64,000 nt of DNA, from assembly GCA_965208575.1 (NCBI GenBank), contig CBDBOV010000006.1, forward strand, positions 896,001-960,000. The letters run 5' to 3'. Under the pieces are notes generated by a model that had not been told where the DNA came from, did not search any database, and saw only the letters and a list, made by a program, of their open reading frames with translations. This DNA is from Spirochaetia bacterium (GTDB taxonomy: Bacteria > Spirochaetota > Spirochaetia > SZUA-6 > Bin103). The position numbers and the translations under genes were made by a program. Of the stretch, positions 8,813-17,429 are shown in pieces (within the stretch, counting starts at the first letter, position 1; each line of letters starts with the position of its first letter).

Positions 8813-10603
8813 ATGATTTTTCCAAGAATCGCACACCCCTTCGTGGTTGTGCTCGTGTTCGCCCTGACCGCCACCGGCGTCTGGGCCAGTCCGGCCGGAG
8901 AAGAGGAGCCGGCAGCCGCCGCCGACAAGGAAATGGTGCTCGACCCCACCACGGGCAAGATGGTGACCGCGCCGGAGTACGGCGGGACAATGACCGTTTG
9001 GGGGGGCGCCTGGGTTACTGAGTCTTCTAGTGACCCCTATTTCAGCTACAGCGACGCCACCGTAGGCGTCGTAGAGAAGCTAGGTATTTCGGACTGGGGC
9101 ATAGATAGAGACGAATTTGACTTTAGAACAGTGTTCTTCCCTGACTCTTTCCTGACAGGGAGGCTGGCTGAAAGCTGGGATATTTCCTCGGACGGCCTCA
9201 CCTATACCTTCAACATCCGCGAGGGCGTCAACTGGCATAATAAGGCACCGATGAACGGTCGTGCGCTGACAGCCGAGGATGTCGTATATAACTTTCACCG
9301 TCAATTGGGTCTGGGCAACTTCACCGACGCCGGGCCTAGCCCCAACTGGCCCGCCGGCAACCTCAAGCGCATCCCATTCGAATCGATAACAGCCACCGAC
9401 GATTCGACGGTTGTCATGAAGCTAAAGGAGCCATCCCTCCCCGCGCTGAATATTATTCTCCTCGACCTCCCTACTTACATAATGCCCCCCGAGGTAATCG
9501 AGCAACATGGCGACGTTCAGGATTGGAGAAACCTGGTCGGCACCGGACCCTTTATGCTGACTGACGTAGTCGATGGGAGCTCTGCCACCCGCACCAGGAA
9601 TCCTGACTACTGGGGCTATGACCCAAAGTACCCGCAGAACCGCTTGCCCTACGTTGACGAGTTAAGGATAGTGGTAATGCTAGAGGAATCATCAATTTTC
9701 GCAGCACTACGCTCAGGCAAGCTTGATTTCAGGGCTCGGGCTCTGTCCCTGGACTCGGTAGAGAGCCTGCTGCGGACCAACCCCGAAATCGCGGTGACCC
9801 CGATTTGGTTTCGGTCGAGCGATTCTTTTGCTCCTGACGTGCGCGTGCCGCCCTTTAACGACATCAACGTGCGCCGCGCAATGCAGCTGGCGCTGGACAA
9901 CGAGACTGCGGCGGCTTCGTACTGGAAGGGTCAGGCAAATGCGACACCTCAGGGGCTGATAGGGGTGAAAGGGTATTACATCCCCTTCGAGGAGTGGGAC
10001 GAAGAGGTCAAGCAATACTACCGATATGACCCGGAAGCTGCCGAGAAGCTCCTTGATGAGGCCGGATACCCTCGAGGCGCCGACGGCACTAGATTCCAGA
10101 CCGTCTTGAATACAGCGGCTTTTGCAAGCTTAGACTTTGCCGAAATCGCTGCCGCCTACTGGGCTGAGATTGGTGTCGATGTTAAGATTGATGTACTGAC
10201 CGCCCCCGAATTTGCCCAGAGGATGCGCCCCCCCAGTGATTTGGAAGGCATGTCCGGTGCCACTGCGGGCCAACTTGGAGACCCTGTCACGGTGATAGAC
10301 GATTTTCACTCGGATTCAGAGGTGAACCGCGGCGGAGTCCAGGATCCTGAGTACGACGCCATGGTTGAAGCCGCCCTAGGCGCTACCAGCATTGAGGAGC
10401 AGAAGAGGCTGATTGCAGAAGCAGATATGTACGCGATCGAGAAGCACTGGCATATATTTGGTCCCAAAAGTCCAGTGTACTATTTGGCCCAGCCGTGGGT
10501 CAAAGGTTATAACGGTGAAGCTGGCTTGAATAAATGGGAAGACTGGCTCATTTTTACCTACCTCTGGATTGATAGTGAGATGAAGGAAGCAATGGGTTAT
10601 TAG
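8813..10603 (+). CDS. ABC transporter substrate-binding protein, family 5 (cassette 2)
   Basis: Same motifs as SBP1; ATG 8813 downstream of GGAGAG. Confidence 0.95.
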   Translation: MIFPRIAHPFVVVLVFALTATGVWASPAGEEEPAAAADKEMVLDPTTGKMVTAPEYGGTMTVWGGAWVTESSSDPYFSYSDATVGVVEKLGISDWGIDRDEFDFRTVFFPDSFLTGRLAESWDISSDGLTYTFNIREGVNWHNKAPMNGRALTAEDVVYNFHRQLGLGNFTDAGPSPNWPAGNLKRIPFESITATDDSTVVMKLKEPSLPALNIILLDLPTYIMPPEVIEQHGDVQDWRNLVGTGPFMLTDVVDGSSATRTRNPDYWGYDPKYPQNRLPYVDELRIVVMLEESSIFAALRSGKLDFRARALSLDSVESLLRTNPEIAVTPIWFRSSDSFAPDVRVPPFNDINVRRAMQLALDNETAAASYWKGQANATPQGLIGVKGYYIPFEEWDEEVKQYYRYDPEAAEKLLDEAGYPRGADGTRFQTVLNTAAFASLDFAEIAAAYWAEIGVDVKIDVLTAPEFAQRMRPPSDLEGMSGATAGQLGDPVTVIDDFHSDSEVNRGGVQDPEYDAMVEAALGATSIEEQKRLIAEADMYAIEKHWHIFGPKSPVYYLAQPWVKGYNGEAGLNKWEDWLIFTYLWIDSEMKEAMGY

Positions 10604-10616
10604 GGGCTGAGCTTAG

Positions 10617-10666
10617 GAAAAAAGGGAGCTGGGGGGTGTCGCCTGGGCGCGCTTCCCAGCTCCCTT
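10617..10666. terminator. Conserved post-SBP hairpin
   Basis: aagggagctggg...cccagctccctt; related copies near 25276, 30615, 42621, 49347 and 59778. Confidence 0.6.
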
Positions 10667-10694
10667 ACTCATTGAAGGGTGAGAGAACGGCAAC

Positions 10695-10733
10695 GAGATC
10701 GCCAGGCCCCCATGAATCTTGGCTCGCAATGAC
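10695..10733. repeat. REP-like palindromic unit (GAGATTGC...GCTCGCAATGAC type)
   Basis: Also at 42677-42715, 49403-49439 and as a cluster at 59879-60128. Confidence 0.6.
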
Positions 10734-10748
10734 AGGGAGTACTGTGAC

Positions 10749-11759
10749 ATGAGAGCCTATCTCATCAGGCGGTTGCTGCTCATAATCCCTACCTTGTCTG
10801 TATTGACCATCATGGTCTTTCTAGCGGTCCGCTTCATTCCTGGCGACGTGATCGACGTAATGGTGGCTAGGATCACGGAACAAGGTGCCGAGGGCGCGGA
10901 GATTGACCGCGCAGCTCTTGAGCGTAGGCTCGGATTAGACGTGCCTGTGCACGTGCAGTATGGACGCTGGATAGGAGTGTTGCCAACCCCTGACTTTATT
11001 ACCGGTGAGTCCCACTTCAAAGGTCTCCTCCAGGGCGCCCTTGGCCAGTCACTGTGGGGCGCCCATTTCTCGGTGGAGGAGAAGATAATAGGCAGATTGC
11101 CAGTAACCATTCAGCTTGGTGTCATGGCAATCGTAATCGGGCTCGTGATAGCGCTGCCGGTCGGCATCTACTCGGCGATTCGCCAGGATACCGCCGCCGA
11201 CTACGCGGGGCGCTCGGTCGCCATCATCGGCCTGGCAACGCCCAACTTCTGGCTGGGAACCATGGTCATGCTCTACCCGGCAATCTGGTGGGGCTGGTCG
11301 CCACCGATGGAAACGATTCCTTTCACGGAAGACCCGCTGGGCAATATTGGGATGTTCCTCATTCCGAGCCTGATTCTGGGGACGGCCTCGGCTGCAGCCA
11401 CCATGCGGATGACCCGCACCATGATGCTGGAGGTGCTGCGCCAGGATTTTATCAGGACGGCCTGGGCCAAGGGTCTCCGGGAGCGGGTCGTGGTGCTGCG
11501 GCATGCCGTCAAGAATGCCCTGATCCCGGTGGTGACCCTGATCGGCCTGCAGTTGCCGATCCTGATAGGTGGCTCGGTCATCATGGAGAACATCTTCAGC
11601 CTGCCGGGATTGGGTCGTCTCCTGCTGACTGCACTCGATACCAGAGATTACCCAATGGTCTCCGGAATAAACCTGATTTTCGCCACCGCGGTGGTGCTGT
11701 TCAATCTCCTGATCGACCTGCTCTATTCCTATCTGGACCCGAGGGTGCGCTATGAGTGA
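10749..11759 (+). CDS. ABC permease, DppB-like (cassette 2)
   Basis: MRAYLIRR...; conserved permease loop. Confidence 0.95.
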   Translation: MRAYLIRRLLLIIPTLSVLTIMVFLAVRFIPGDVIDVMVARITEQGAEGAEIDRAALERRLGLDVPVHVQYGRWIGVLPTPDFITGESHFKGLLQGALGQSLWGAHFSVEEKIIGRLPVTIQLGVMAIVIGLVIALPVGIYSAIRQDTAADYAGRSVAIIGLATPNFWLGTMVMLYPAIWWGWSPPMETIPFTEDPLGNIGMFLIPSLILGTASAAATMRMTRTMMLEVLRQDFIRTAWAKGLRERVVVLRHAVKNALIPVVTLIGLQLPILIGGSVIMENIFSLPGLGRLLLTALDTRDYPMVSGINLIFATAVVLFNLLIDLLYSYLDPRVRYE

Positions 11760-11843
11760 GGCTTTTTGCTAGGCCCGCGAGTGTGCTGTCTATGAGTGAG
11801 GCTTCTTGGCTGGACCCGGGAGTGCGCTACCTATGAATGAGGC
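11733..11843 (+). repeat. Triplicated ~40-bp dppB/dppC junction
   Basis: ctatga(g/a)tgaggc occurs three times, each preceded by a ct(g/a)g(a/g)cccg..gtg.gc-like stretch. Confidence 0.65.
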
Positions 11844-12726
11844 GCGCGGCCAGTTTGCCGATTTCTTCGGCAGGTTGTGGCGGCAGAAGCCCCTGGGCAT
11901 CGCCAGCGGGATCGTCATCCTGATCCTGATTTTGTTGGCGATCTTCGCCGATGCTCTGGCCCCCTATCCGTTCGATCAACTGAACCTGGCAGAAAGGCTG
12001 CAGGGCCCGTCGGCCCGCCATCTGCTGGGGACCGACCAGTTGGGCCGCGACCTGTTGAGCCGGCTGCTGTTCGGGGCGCGCATCTCGCTGGTCGTTGGTC
12101 TGGCGGCGACCACGCTGAACGTGGTGGTCGCTACCCTGATCGGCGGCACCTCCGGGTTCATTGGGGGCAAGCTGGACCTGGCGGTGCAACGTTTCGTCGA
12201 TGCCTGGATGGCGTTCCCGGGACTGCTGCTGTTGCTCACGATCATGTCGGTCGCGGGGCAGGGTCTGCTACAGATCATCGTGGTGCTGGGGGTCGCCGGC
12301 GGCGTGGGCGGCTCGCGCGTGGTCAGAGGCGCGGTGGTGGCCACCAAGGGCAACGACTTTTTTCTGGCCGCCCGGGCGGTGGGCTCGCCGACGCGACAGG
12401 TCCTGGTGCGCCATGTTCTGCCCAATATCGTGGCGCCGCTCATCATCGTCTTCAGCATCAACGTCGGCGGTGTGATCCTGGCCGAGGCGTCCTTGAGCTT
12501 TCTCGGCTTCGGGCTGCCGATCAAGGTGCCGAGCTGGGGCGGGATGCTCAGCCGGGAGGGGCGGCGGTTCATGGAGCAGGCGCCGTGGCTGGCGCTGTGG
12601 CCCGGGCTGTGCCTGACGATCGTGGTGTACAGCTTCAACATGTTGGGTGATGCGATGCGGGACCTGCTCGATCCGCGGCTGCGCGGCGGGGGGCGTCTGG
12701 CTGCCGGCGGCGCCACGTCGGTGTAA
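11833..12726 (+). CDS. ABC permease, DppC-like (cassette 2)
   Basis: GTDQLGRD and GDAMRDLLDPR motifs. Confidence 0.95.
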   Translation: MNEARGQFADFFGRLWRQKPLGIASGIVILILILLAIFADALAPYPFDQLNLAERLQGPSARHLLGTDQLGRDLLSRLLFGARISLVVGLAATTLNVVVATLIGGTSGFIGGKLDLAVQRFVDAWMAFPGLLLLLTIMSVAGQGLLQIIVVLGVAGGVGGSRVVRGAVVATKGNDFFLAARAVGSPTRQVLVRHVLPNIVAPLIIVFSINVGGVILAEASLSFLGFGLPIKVPSWGGMLSREGRRFMEQAPWLALWPGLCLTIVVYSFNMLGDAMRDLLDPRLRGGGRLAAGGATSV

Positions 12727-12734
12727 AAAGGAGT

Positions 12735-12935
12735 GAACACTCGGTCACCTCGCCGTTGTTGGCCCACTTCAGGGCCACCGTCTTGGGACGGCCGAACACC
12801 ACGCACAGCGGCACAGCGGCACTCCGCCGAACGCCACGAAATGGTCGGCCAGGGTGCGGATCAGCGCCTCGGCCACCTGATTGGGCACCAGATCGACCAC
12901 CGCCCAGCGCGACCACTTCAGCCGCGAGCCGGTCA
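12735..12935 (-). pseudogene. IS21-family transposase (IstA) internal remnant
   Basis: SRLKWSRW..V.LVPNQVAEALIRTLADHFVAFGGVPLC-VVFGRPKTVALKW, read across a frameshift. Confidence 0.6.
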
Positions 12936-12954
12936 ACATAGATGCAGAAAGATC

Positions 12955-13174
12955 GCATGGCATCACCCATTGGTGGCGGAGCCGACTTGTTGCGAGTGCT
13001 CAGCGGAGCGCCGTCATCACCTCGCGCGCGTCCACCAGGTGGACACCGGTAGCCGGATCGGTTCTGGTCGATGCCTCGGGCACGAACAGCGCACTGATCA
13101 CCTCGCTGTCGCGCGCACCGGGTGTCGCCTCGATACCGCGCCGCCGCCCGGCACGAGACACCGCTCCCGGTCGC
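12955..13174 (+). repeat. ~220-bp direct repeat, copy 1
   Basis: Near-identical to 14077-14297. Confidence 0.9.
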
Positions 13175-13300
13175 ACCGAACACTTCACTTCGCCCACCAG
13201 CATCCGCCGCCCGTCTACCGAACGCGCGAGGATGTCGAACTCCGGGGCGTTTCCGTGCCAGTAGCGCTACGCCGGTTCCCAGGGGCCGAGACCGGCCAGC
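13000..13300 (-). pseudogene. C-terminal DUF234-like PD-(D/E)XK fragment of an ATPase-nuclease
   Basis: RYWHGNAPEFDILARSVDGRRMLVGEVK, with an in-frame stop just upstream. Confidence 0.55.
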
Positions 13301-13444
13301 GGGCCGTCGCATCGATGCAGCGCGCCCCATCACGGTGTGCGGATCGGCGGCACCAACGCAAGCGGTGACGACGCAAGTGGACACCCGATGGACACCCGGT
13401 GAACGCCGGGCCAGCTGGGCTATGGTGACCCCCTGGCGACCCCC

Positions 13445-13723
13445 GTGACCCCGATCCGATGGCAGCTTCACGCCCTGGAACGGATGCTGGAGCGGAGCAT
13501 TTCCCGCGAAGAGGTCGTACGCGCAATCGTGAACGGACAGGTGATCGAGCCGTACCTTACGGACAGGCCACTTCCAAGCTGCCTCTTGTTGCACATGGGA
13601 GAGCACCCCCTCCACGTTGTCGCAGCCGTCGATGTGGAAGCGGGCATCGGCTACGTGATCACCGCCTACCGGCCGGATCTGGAGCATTTCGAGGCGGACT
13701 ACAAGACGCGAAGGAGGGCTTGA
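13445..13723 (+). CDS. DUF4258-family protein (putative toxin)
   Basis: HALERMLERSIS...IEPY..D.P.PSCLL...PLHVV...VITAYRPD. Confidence 0.85.
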   Translation: MTPIRWQLHALERMLERSISREEVVRAIVNGQVIEPYLTDRPLPSCLLLHMGEHPLHVVAAVDVEAGIGYVITAYRPDLEHFEADYKTRRRA

Positions 13724-13968
13724 TGAAGTCGAACGAGGGCAGATGTGCCCTGTGTGGGGGGCCGCATGAACCGGGCACGACGGTCTTTGCCGTGGATCTG
13801 AAGACCGGAGTCGTCGTCGTCCGCGGAGTTCCGGCCCGGGTCTGCTCGCAGTGCGGCGAGGCCTGGATCGAAGATGCCGTGGCGGCGCGCCTGGAGACCA
13901 TCGTCGCCGAGGCCCGCCGGAAGCACACCGTGGTCGAGGTTATCCAGTGGGAACAGGTGGCGGCCTGA
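13723..13968 (+). CDS. YgiT-type zinc finger (MqsA-like antitoxin)
   Basis: CALCGG...VVVVRGVPARVCSQCGEAW; TGATG coupling to DUF4258 gene. Confidence 0.85.
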   Translation: MKSNEGRCALCGGPHEPGTTVFAVDLKTGVVVVRGVPARVCSQCGEAWIEDAVAARLETIVAEARRKHTVVEVIQWEQVAA

Positions 13969-14076
13969 CCGCCGCGGCGGCGTCCAGCGGACATCGCCGA
14001 CACGCAGGCCGAGGCAACGGAATGACGAAGCTGCCCGTCGCCCCCGGAGATCGGAGCGTGCTTTGGTCGGCCAATA

Positions 14077-14297
14077 GCATGGTATCACCCACTTGGTGGC
14101 GGAGCCGACTTGTTGCGAATGCTCAGCGGAGCGGCGTCATCACCTCGCGCGCGTCCACCAAGTGGACACCGGTACCCGAATCGGTCCTGGTCGATGCCTC
14201 GGGCACGAACAGCGCACTGATCACCTCGCTGTCGCGCGCACCGGGTATCGCCTCGATACCGCGCCGCCGCCCGGCACGAGACACCGCTCCCGGTCGC
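14077..14297 (+). repeat. ~220-bp direct repeat, copy 2
   Basis: Near-identical to 12955-13174. Confidence 0.9.
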
Positions 14298-14361
14298 TCG
14301 CTAGGCGGGCGCCTTTCCCCAGGGTCGGCGGTCGGGTATCATTGGGCGCATTGTGCGAAGC

Positions 14362-15495
14362 ATGGATGTGGCGGCGCCGGGCGCCGGCCACCCGGTCCTC
14401 AGCGCGGCCGACGCGCAGGGCGTCAGCGCCGAAATACAGCGCCTGCTGGACAACGTCCGCTCGCTGATCTACATCGATCCGCGCACGCTGGAGTTCCTGA
14501 TCGCCGCCAAGATCGCCGGCGGCCACGTGATCCTGGCGGACTCCCACGGGGTCGGCAAGACCTCGCTGGCGCGGGCGCTGGCGCAGTCGATACAGTGGAC
14601 GGGGCCGCGCCGCGGGGGCGCCGACGGTACGGACGGCGAGGTGGCACGCATCGACCAGTCGGTGGCGGACGTGTCGGCGGAAAACGTGCCGATCTCCAGC
14701 TTCAGCCGCATCCAGTGCACGGTCGACCTGCTGCCGCAGGACATCCTCGGCTTCTCGCGCTACGAACTCAGCACCAGCTCGCTGATCTTCAACCGCGGCC
14801 CGATATTCGCCCACTTCGTGCTGTGCGACGAAATCAACCTGCTCACCCCCAAGACCCAGGGCAGCTTCTTCCAGGCGATGGAGGAGCAGGCGATCTCGAT
14901 CGAGGGCAACACCTATCACCTGCCCGACCCGTTCTTCATCATCGCCACCATGAACCTCAAGGGCGCGCACCTGTTCCCGCTGCCGGTGCCGCAGCTCGAC
15001 CGCTTCATGGTGCAGCTCTCGCTCGGCTACCCGAGCGACGACGACGAGGAGCGCATCGTCCACCAGCACGGGCGCGACGACTCCTGGCGCGGCTTTGCGC
15101 CGGTGGTGGCGCAGGAGCGGCTCAACCAGTGGCAGGGCATGGTGGACTCGATCACCATCCACGACGAGGTGGTCTCCTACCTGGTGACCCTGATCCGCCA
15201 GACGCGCGGCCACCCGGCCATCGAGACCGGCGCCAGCCCGCGCACCGGCGTCAAGGTGTCGCGGCTGGCGCGCGCGGTGGCGCTGGTGCGCGGCGACAAC
15301 TGGGTATCGGTCGACCTGATCAAGGAGATCTTCCTGCCGGCGGTGGCACACCGGCTGATCATGCAGGACCCGGCCACTCCCGCCGCCGGAGTGCTGGAAG
15401 AGATCCTGGAGACGGTGCCGGTGGACGGCCGGCGGCCGGCACCGCGCGACGTGCCGGACAGCGTTCGGGCGGCGCCGGTGGCCGCCACCTCCTGA
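14362..15495 (+). CDS. MoxR-family AAA+ ATPase
   Basis: GHVILADSHGVGKT, RIQCTVDLLPQDILG, LCDEIN, ATMN and QLDRF motifs. Confidence 0.92.
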   Translation: MDVAAPGAGHPVLSAADAQGVSAEIQRLLDNVRSLIYIDPRTLEFLIAAKIAGGHVILADSHGVGKTSLARALAQSIQWTGPRRGGADGTDGEVARIDQSVADVSAENVPISSFSRIQCTVDLLPQDILGFSRYELSTSSLIFNRGPIFAHFVLCDEINLLTPKTQGSFFQAMEEQAISIEGNTYHLPDPFFIIATMNLKGAHLFPLPVPQLDRFMVQLSLGYPSDDDEERIVHQHGRDDSWRGFAPVVAQERLNQWQGMVDSITIHDEVVSYLVTLIRQTRGHPAIETGASPRTGVKVSRLARAVALVRGDNWVSVDLIKEIFLPAVAHRLIMQDPATPAAGVLEEILETVPVDGRRPAPRDVPDSVRAAPVAATS

Positions 15496-15503
15496 GCCGG
15501 AAC

Positions 15504-17429
15504 ATGGCCGCGAGCGTTGCAACCCGGACTGGCGACCAGCGCACGCACCACGACACCAGCGACGGTCGCGCGCGCGCCGCGACGGCCCCCTGCGCAGGTT
15601 CCCCACCGGGCGGGTGCACCGCTGCGTCGCCAGCCGTACGCCCGCCATGCCGGCGGGCGCACCACGTGCCCGCCTCTTGTGCGCCCTGCACTACCGGGCG
15701 GGCCGCTGCCGTTTCGCCCCGGGCATCCCAGGCCGGGTCGCATGCACGCACCACCGCAGTTTCCGGCTTACACCAGGATACCCGCCGGGCAGCCGACGGA
15801 TGGATACCGGCACGCCACGGCAGCGTGGACCGGCGCCGCGCGGCCGCTCCCGGCGCACACGCCGGTGCCGGGTGGACCGCCGCCGGCTCAGCACGGGCCC
15901 GCTCCACCTCGGCGGACGCACGTTCGTCCCTGGTGTCCGGCTCGCACGCACGTTCCGCCCCAGCGCCCGCGGCGCCGGCGCAAAGGGACGATCGCCTGCG
16001 CTACGGCAGGATCGGCTCAGCGGGAGCGGGGAAGGACGGTGGCCGCGATGCGCCGGGCGCGCAACGATCCGCCGCACCGGCGCCGGCGGCGACCCTGCGG
16101 CGCATGGGACCGCGCGCGGGCGGCGCCCTGGACCACGTTGTGCGGGATGCCGCGCGGCGGGTGCTGCACTACTACCCGCTCACCCTGCTCGGCACCGCCC
16201 TGGCGGCGGCGGCGGTGTACCTGCTGGGCAGCGCCTTTGCGAGCGGATCGCCGCACGAGTTTCTGCTGTCGGTGACCGGGTTCCTGGTTCTGCTGGTGCT
16301 GGCCGGGCTCGGGCGGCTGCAGGCGTACCGCTTCAAGCTGGTGGAGTTCGAGTGGGACAGTTCGGCTCCGTTGGGCGCGCGCGAGTATGGCGCCCAGCAC
16401 CGGCTGCGCACGCGCGCGGCGAAGAGCTGGCTGTTCTACCGCATCCACCTGCGCATCGCCTGGCGCCTGCAGGCGGGCCGGCGCGCGGTGCTGCGCGGCT
16501 ACCGCGAGGCGGCCACCTCCGGCGGCGAGGCGGCGATCGCGCTCTGGTTTCCGTGCAGCGGCGTGCTGCAGATGACCGGGCGGTTAACGGTGCGCGACGT
16601 GTTCGGCCTGACGCGCGCACAGATCCGCCCCCCGGAACGGCGCGCGCTGGTGGTGCGGCCGGGGCTGCTCGCCGAGCAGGCCACGCCTCCGGTGGAGATC
16701 TCGGCCGGCTTCGACACCACGCAACGCGCGCAGACCTCCGACGAGGAACAGTACTTCATGCGCGAGTACATTCCCGGCGACCGCTTGAAGGACATCAACT
16801 GGAAGGCGACCAGCCGGCTCGGCGAGCTGATCACCCGTATTTCGCCGATCACCCAGGAACAGACCCAGGAGCTGCACGTGGTGCTGCGCCGCTACCGGCG
16901 CCGCGGCGGCGAGACCCTGGCCGCGGTGCTGCACCTCGACTTCATCAAGAGTTGGCTGCTTACTTTCCTGCGCGTGGTCAAGCAGCACCACCCCGAGTAT
17001 GTTTTCATAGTGGACAGCGGCGGGGAAATCCACCGGGTCGATTCGGCGGACGACATCGAGCGGCTCGCCCGCCGGCTCGCCGAGCTGCCGCTGACCTCCG
17101 AGCTGCCCGCCGCGGACGACGCTCAGGCGCGCGAGCTGTTCATCTTCTCCACCGTGTTCGACGAGGACCTGCCGCGCTTCGTGGAGCGCAGCGGCGCCGC
17201 GTACGTCAACGTGTTCCGCAGCGTGCCGGGCGGGCGCGGCGGCGAGGATGAGCCGGACCCGTACCGGATGAGCGTGTGCGATACGCCGCTGCCGACCTGC
17301 GCCGGCGGCGGCTGGCTGCTGGCCCGCGAACGGCGCGTGCGCATACCGCAGGCGGTCGCCGGCCGGCAGCCGGGGATGCGCGAAGAGCAGCCGCTCAAAG
17401 TGAGTTACCTGTGCACCTCCTCTTCCTGA
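15504..17429 (+). CDS. DUF58-domain protein; long low-complexity N-terminus, start uncertain
   Basis: DVFGL; MREYIPGDRLKDINWKATSR motif; lies between moxR and the transglutaminase gene. Confidence 0.8.
   Translation: MAASVATRTGDQRTHHDTSDGRARAATAPCAGSPPGGCTAASPAVRPPCRRAHHVPASCAPCTTGRAAAVSPRASQAGSHARTTAVSGLHQDTRRAADGWIPARHGSVDRRRAAAPGAHAGAGWTAAGSARARSTSADARSSLVSGSHARSAPAPAAPAQRDDRLRYGRIGSAGAGKDGGRDAPGAQRSAAPAPAATLRRMGPRAGGALDHVVRDAARRVLHYYPLTLLGTALAAAAVYLLGSAFASGSPHEFLLSVTGFLVLLVLAGLGRLQAYRFKLVEFEWDSSAPLGAREYGAQHRLRTRAAKSWLFYRIHLRIAWRLQAGRRAVLRGYREAATSGGEAAIALWFPCSGVLQMTGRLTVRDVFGLTRAQIRPPERRALVVRPGLLAEQATPPVEISAGFDTTQRAQTSDEEQYFMREYIPGDRLKDINWKATSRLGELITRISPITQEQTQELHVVLRRYRRRGGETLAAVLHLDFIKSWLLTFLRVVKQHHPEYVFIVDSGGEIHRVDSADDIERLARRLAELPLTSELPAADDAQARELFIFSTVFDEDLPRFVERSGAAYVNVFRSVPGGRGGEDEPDPYRMSVCDTPLPTCAGGGWLLARERRVRIPQAVAGRQPGMREEQPLKVSYLCTSSS

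Noticed and set aside
13851-17429. 1192-aa ORF as a single protein
   Set aside because: The N-terminal part is an off-frame shadow over moxR and the TA genes; only the DUF58 portion is credible.
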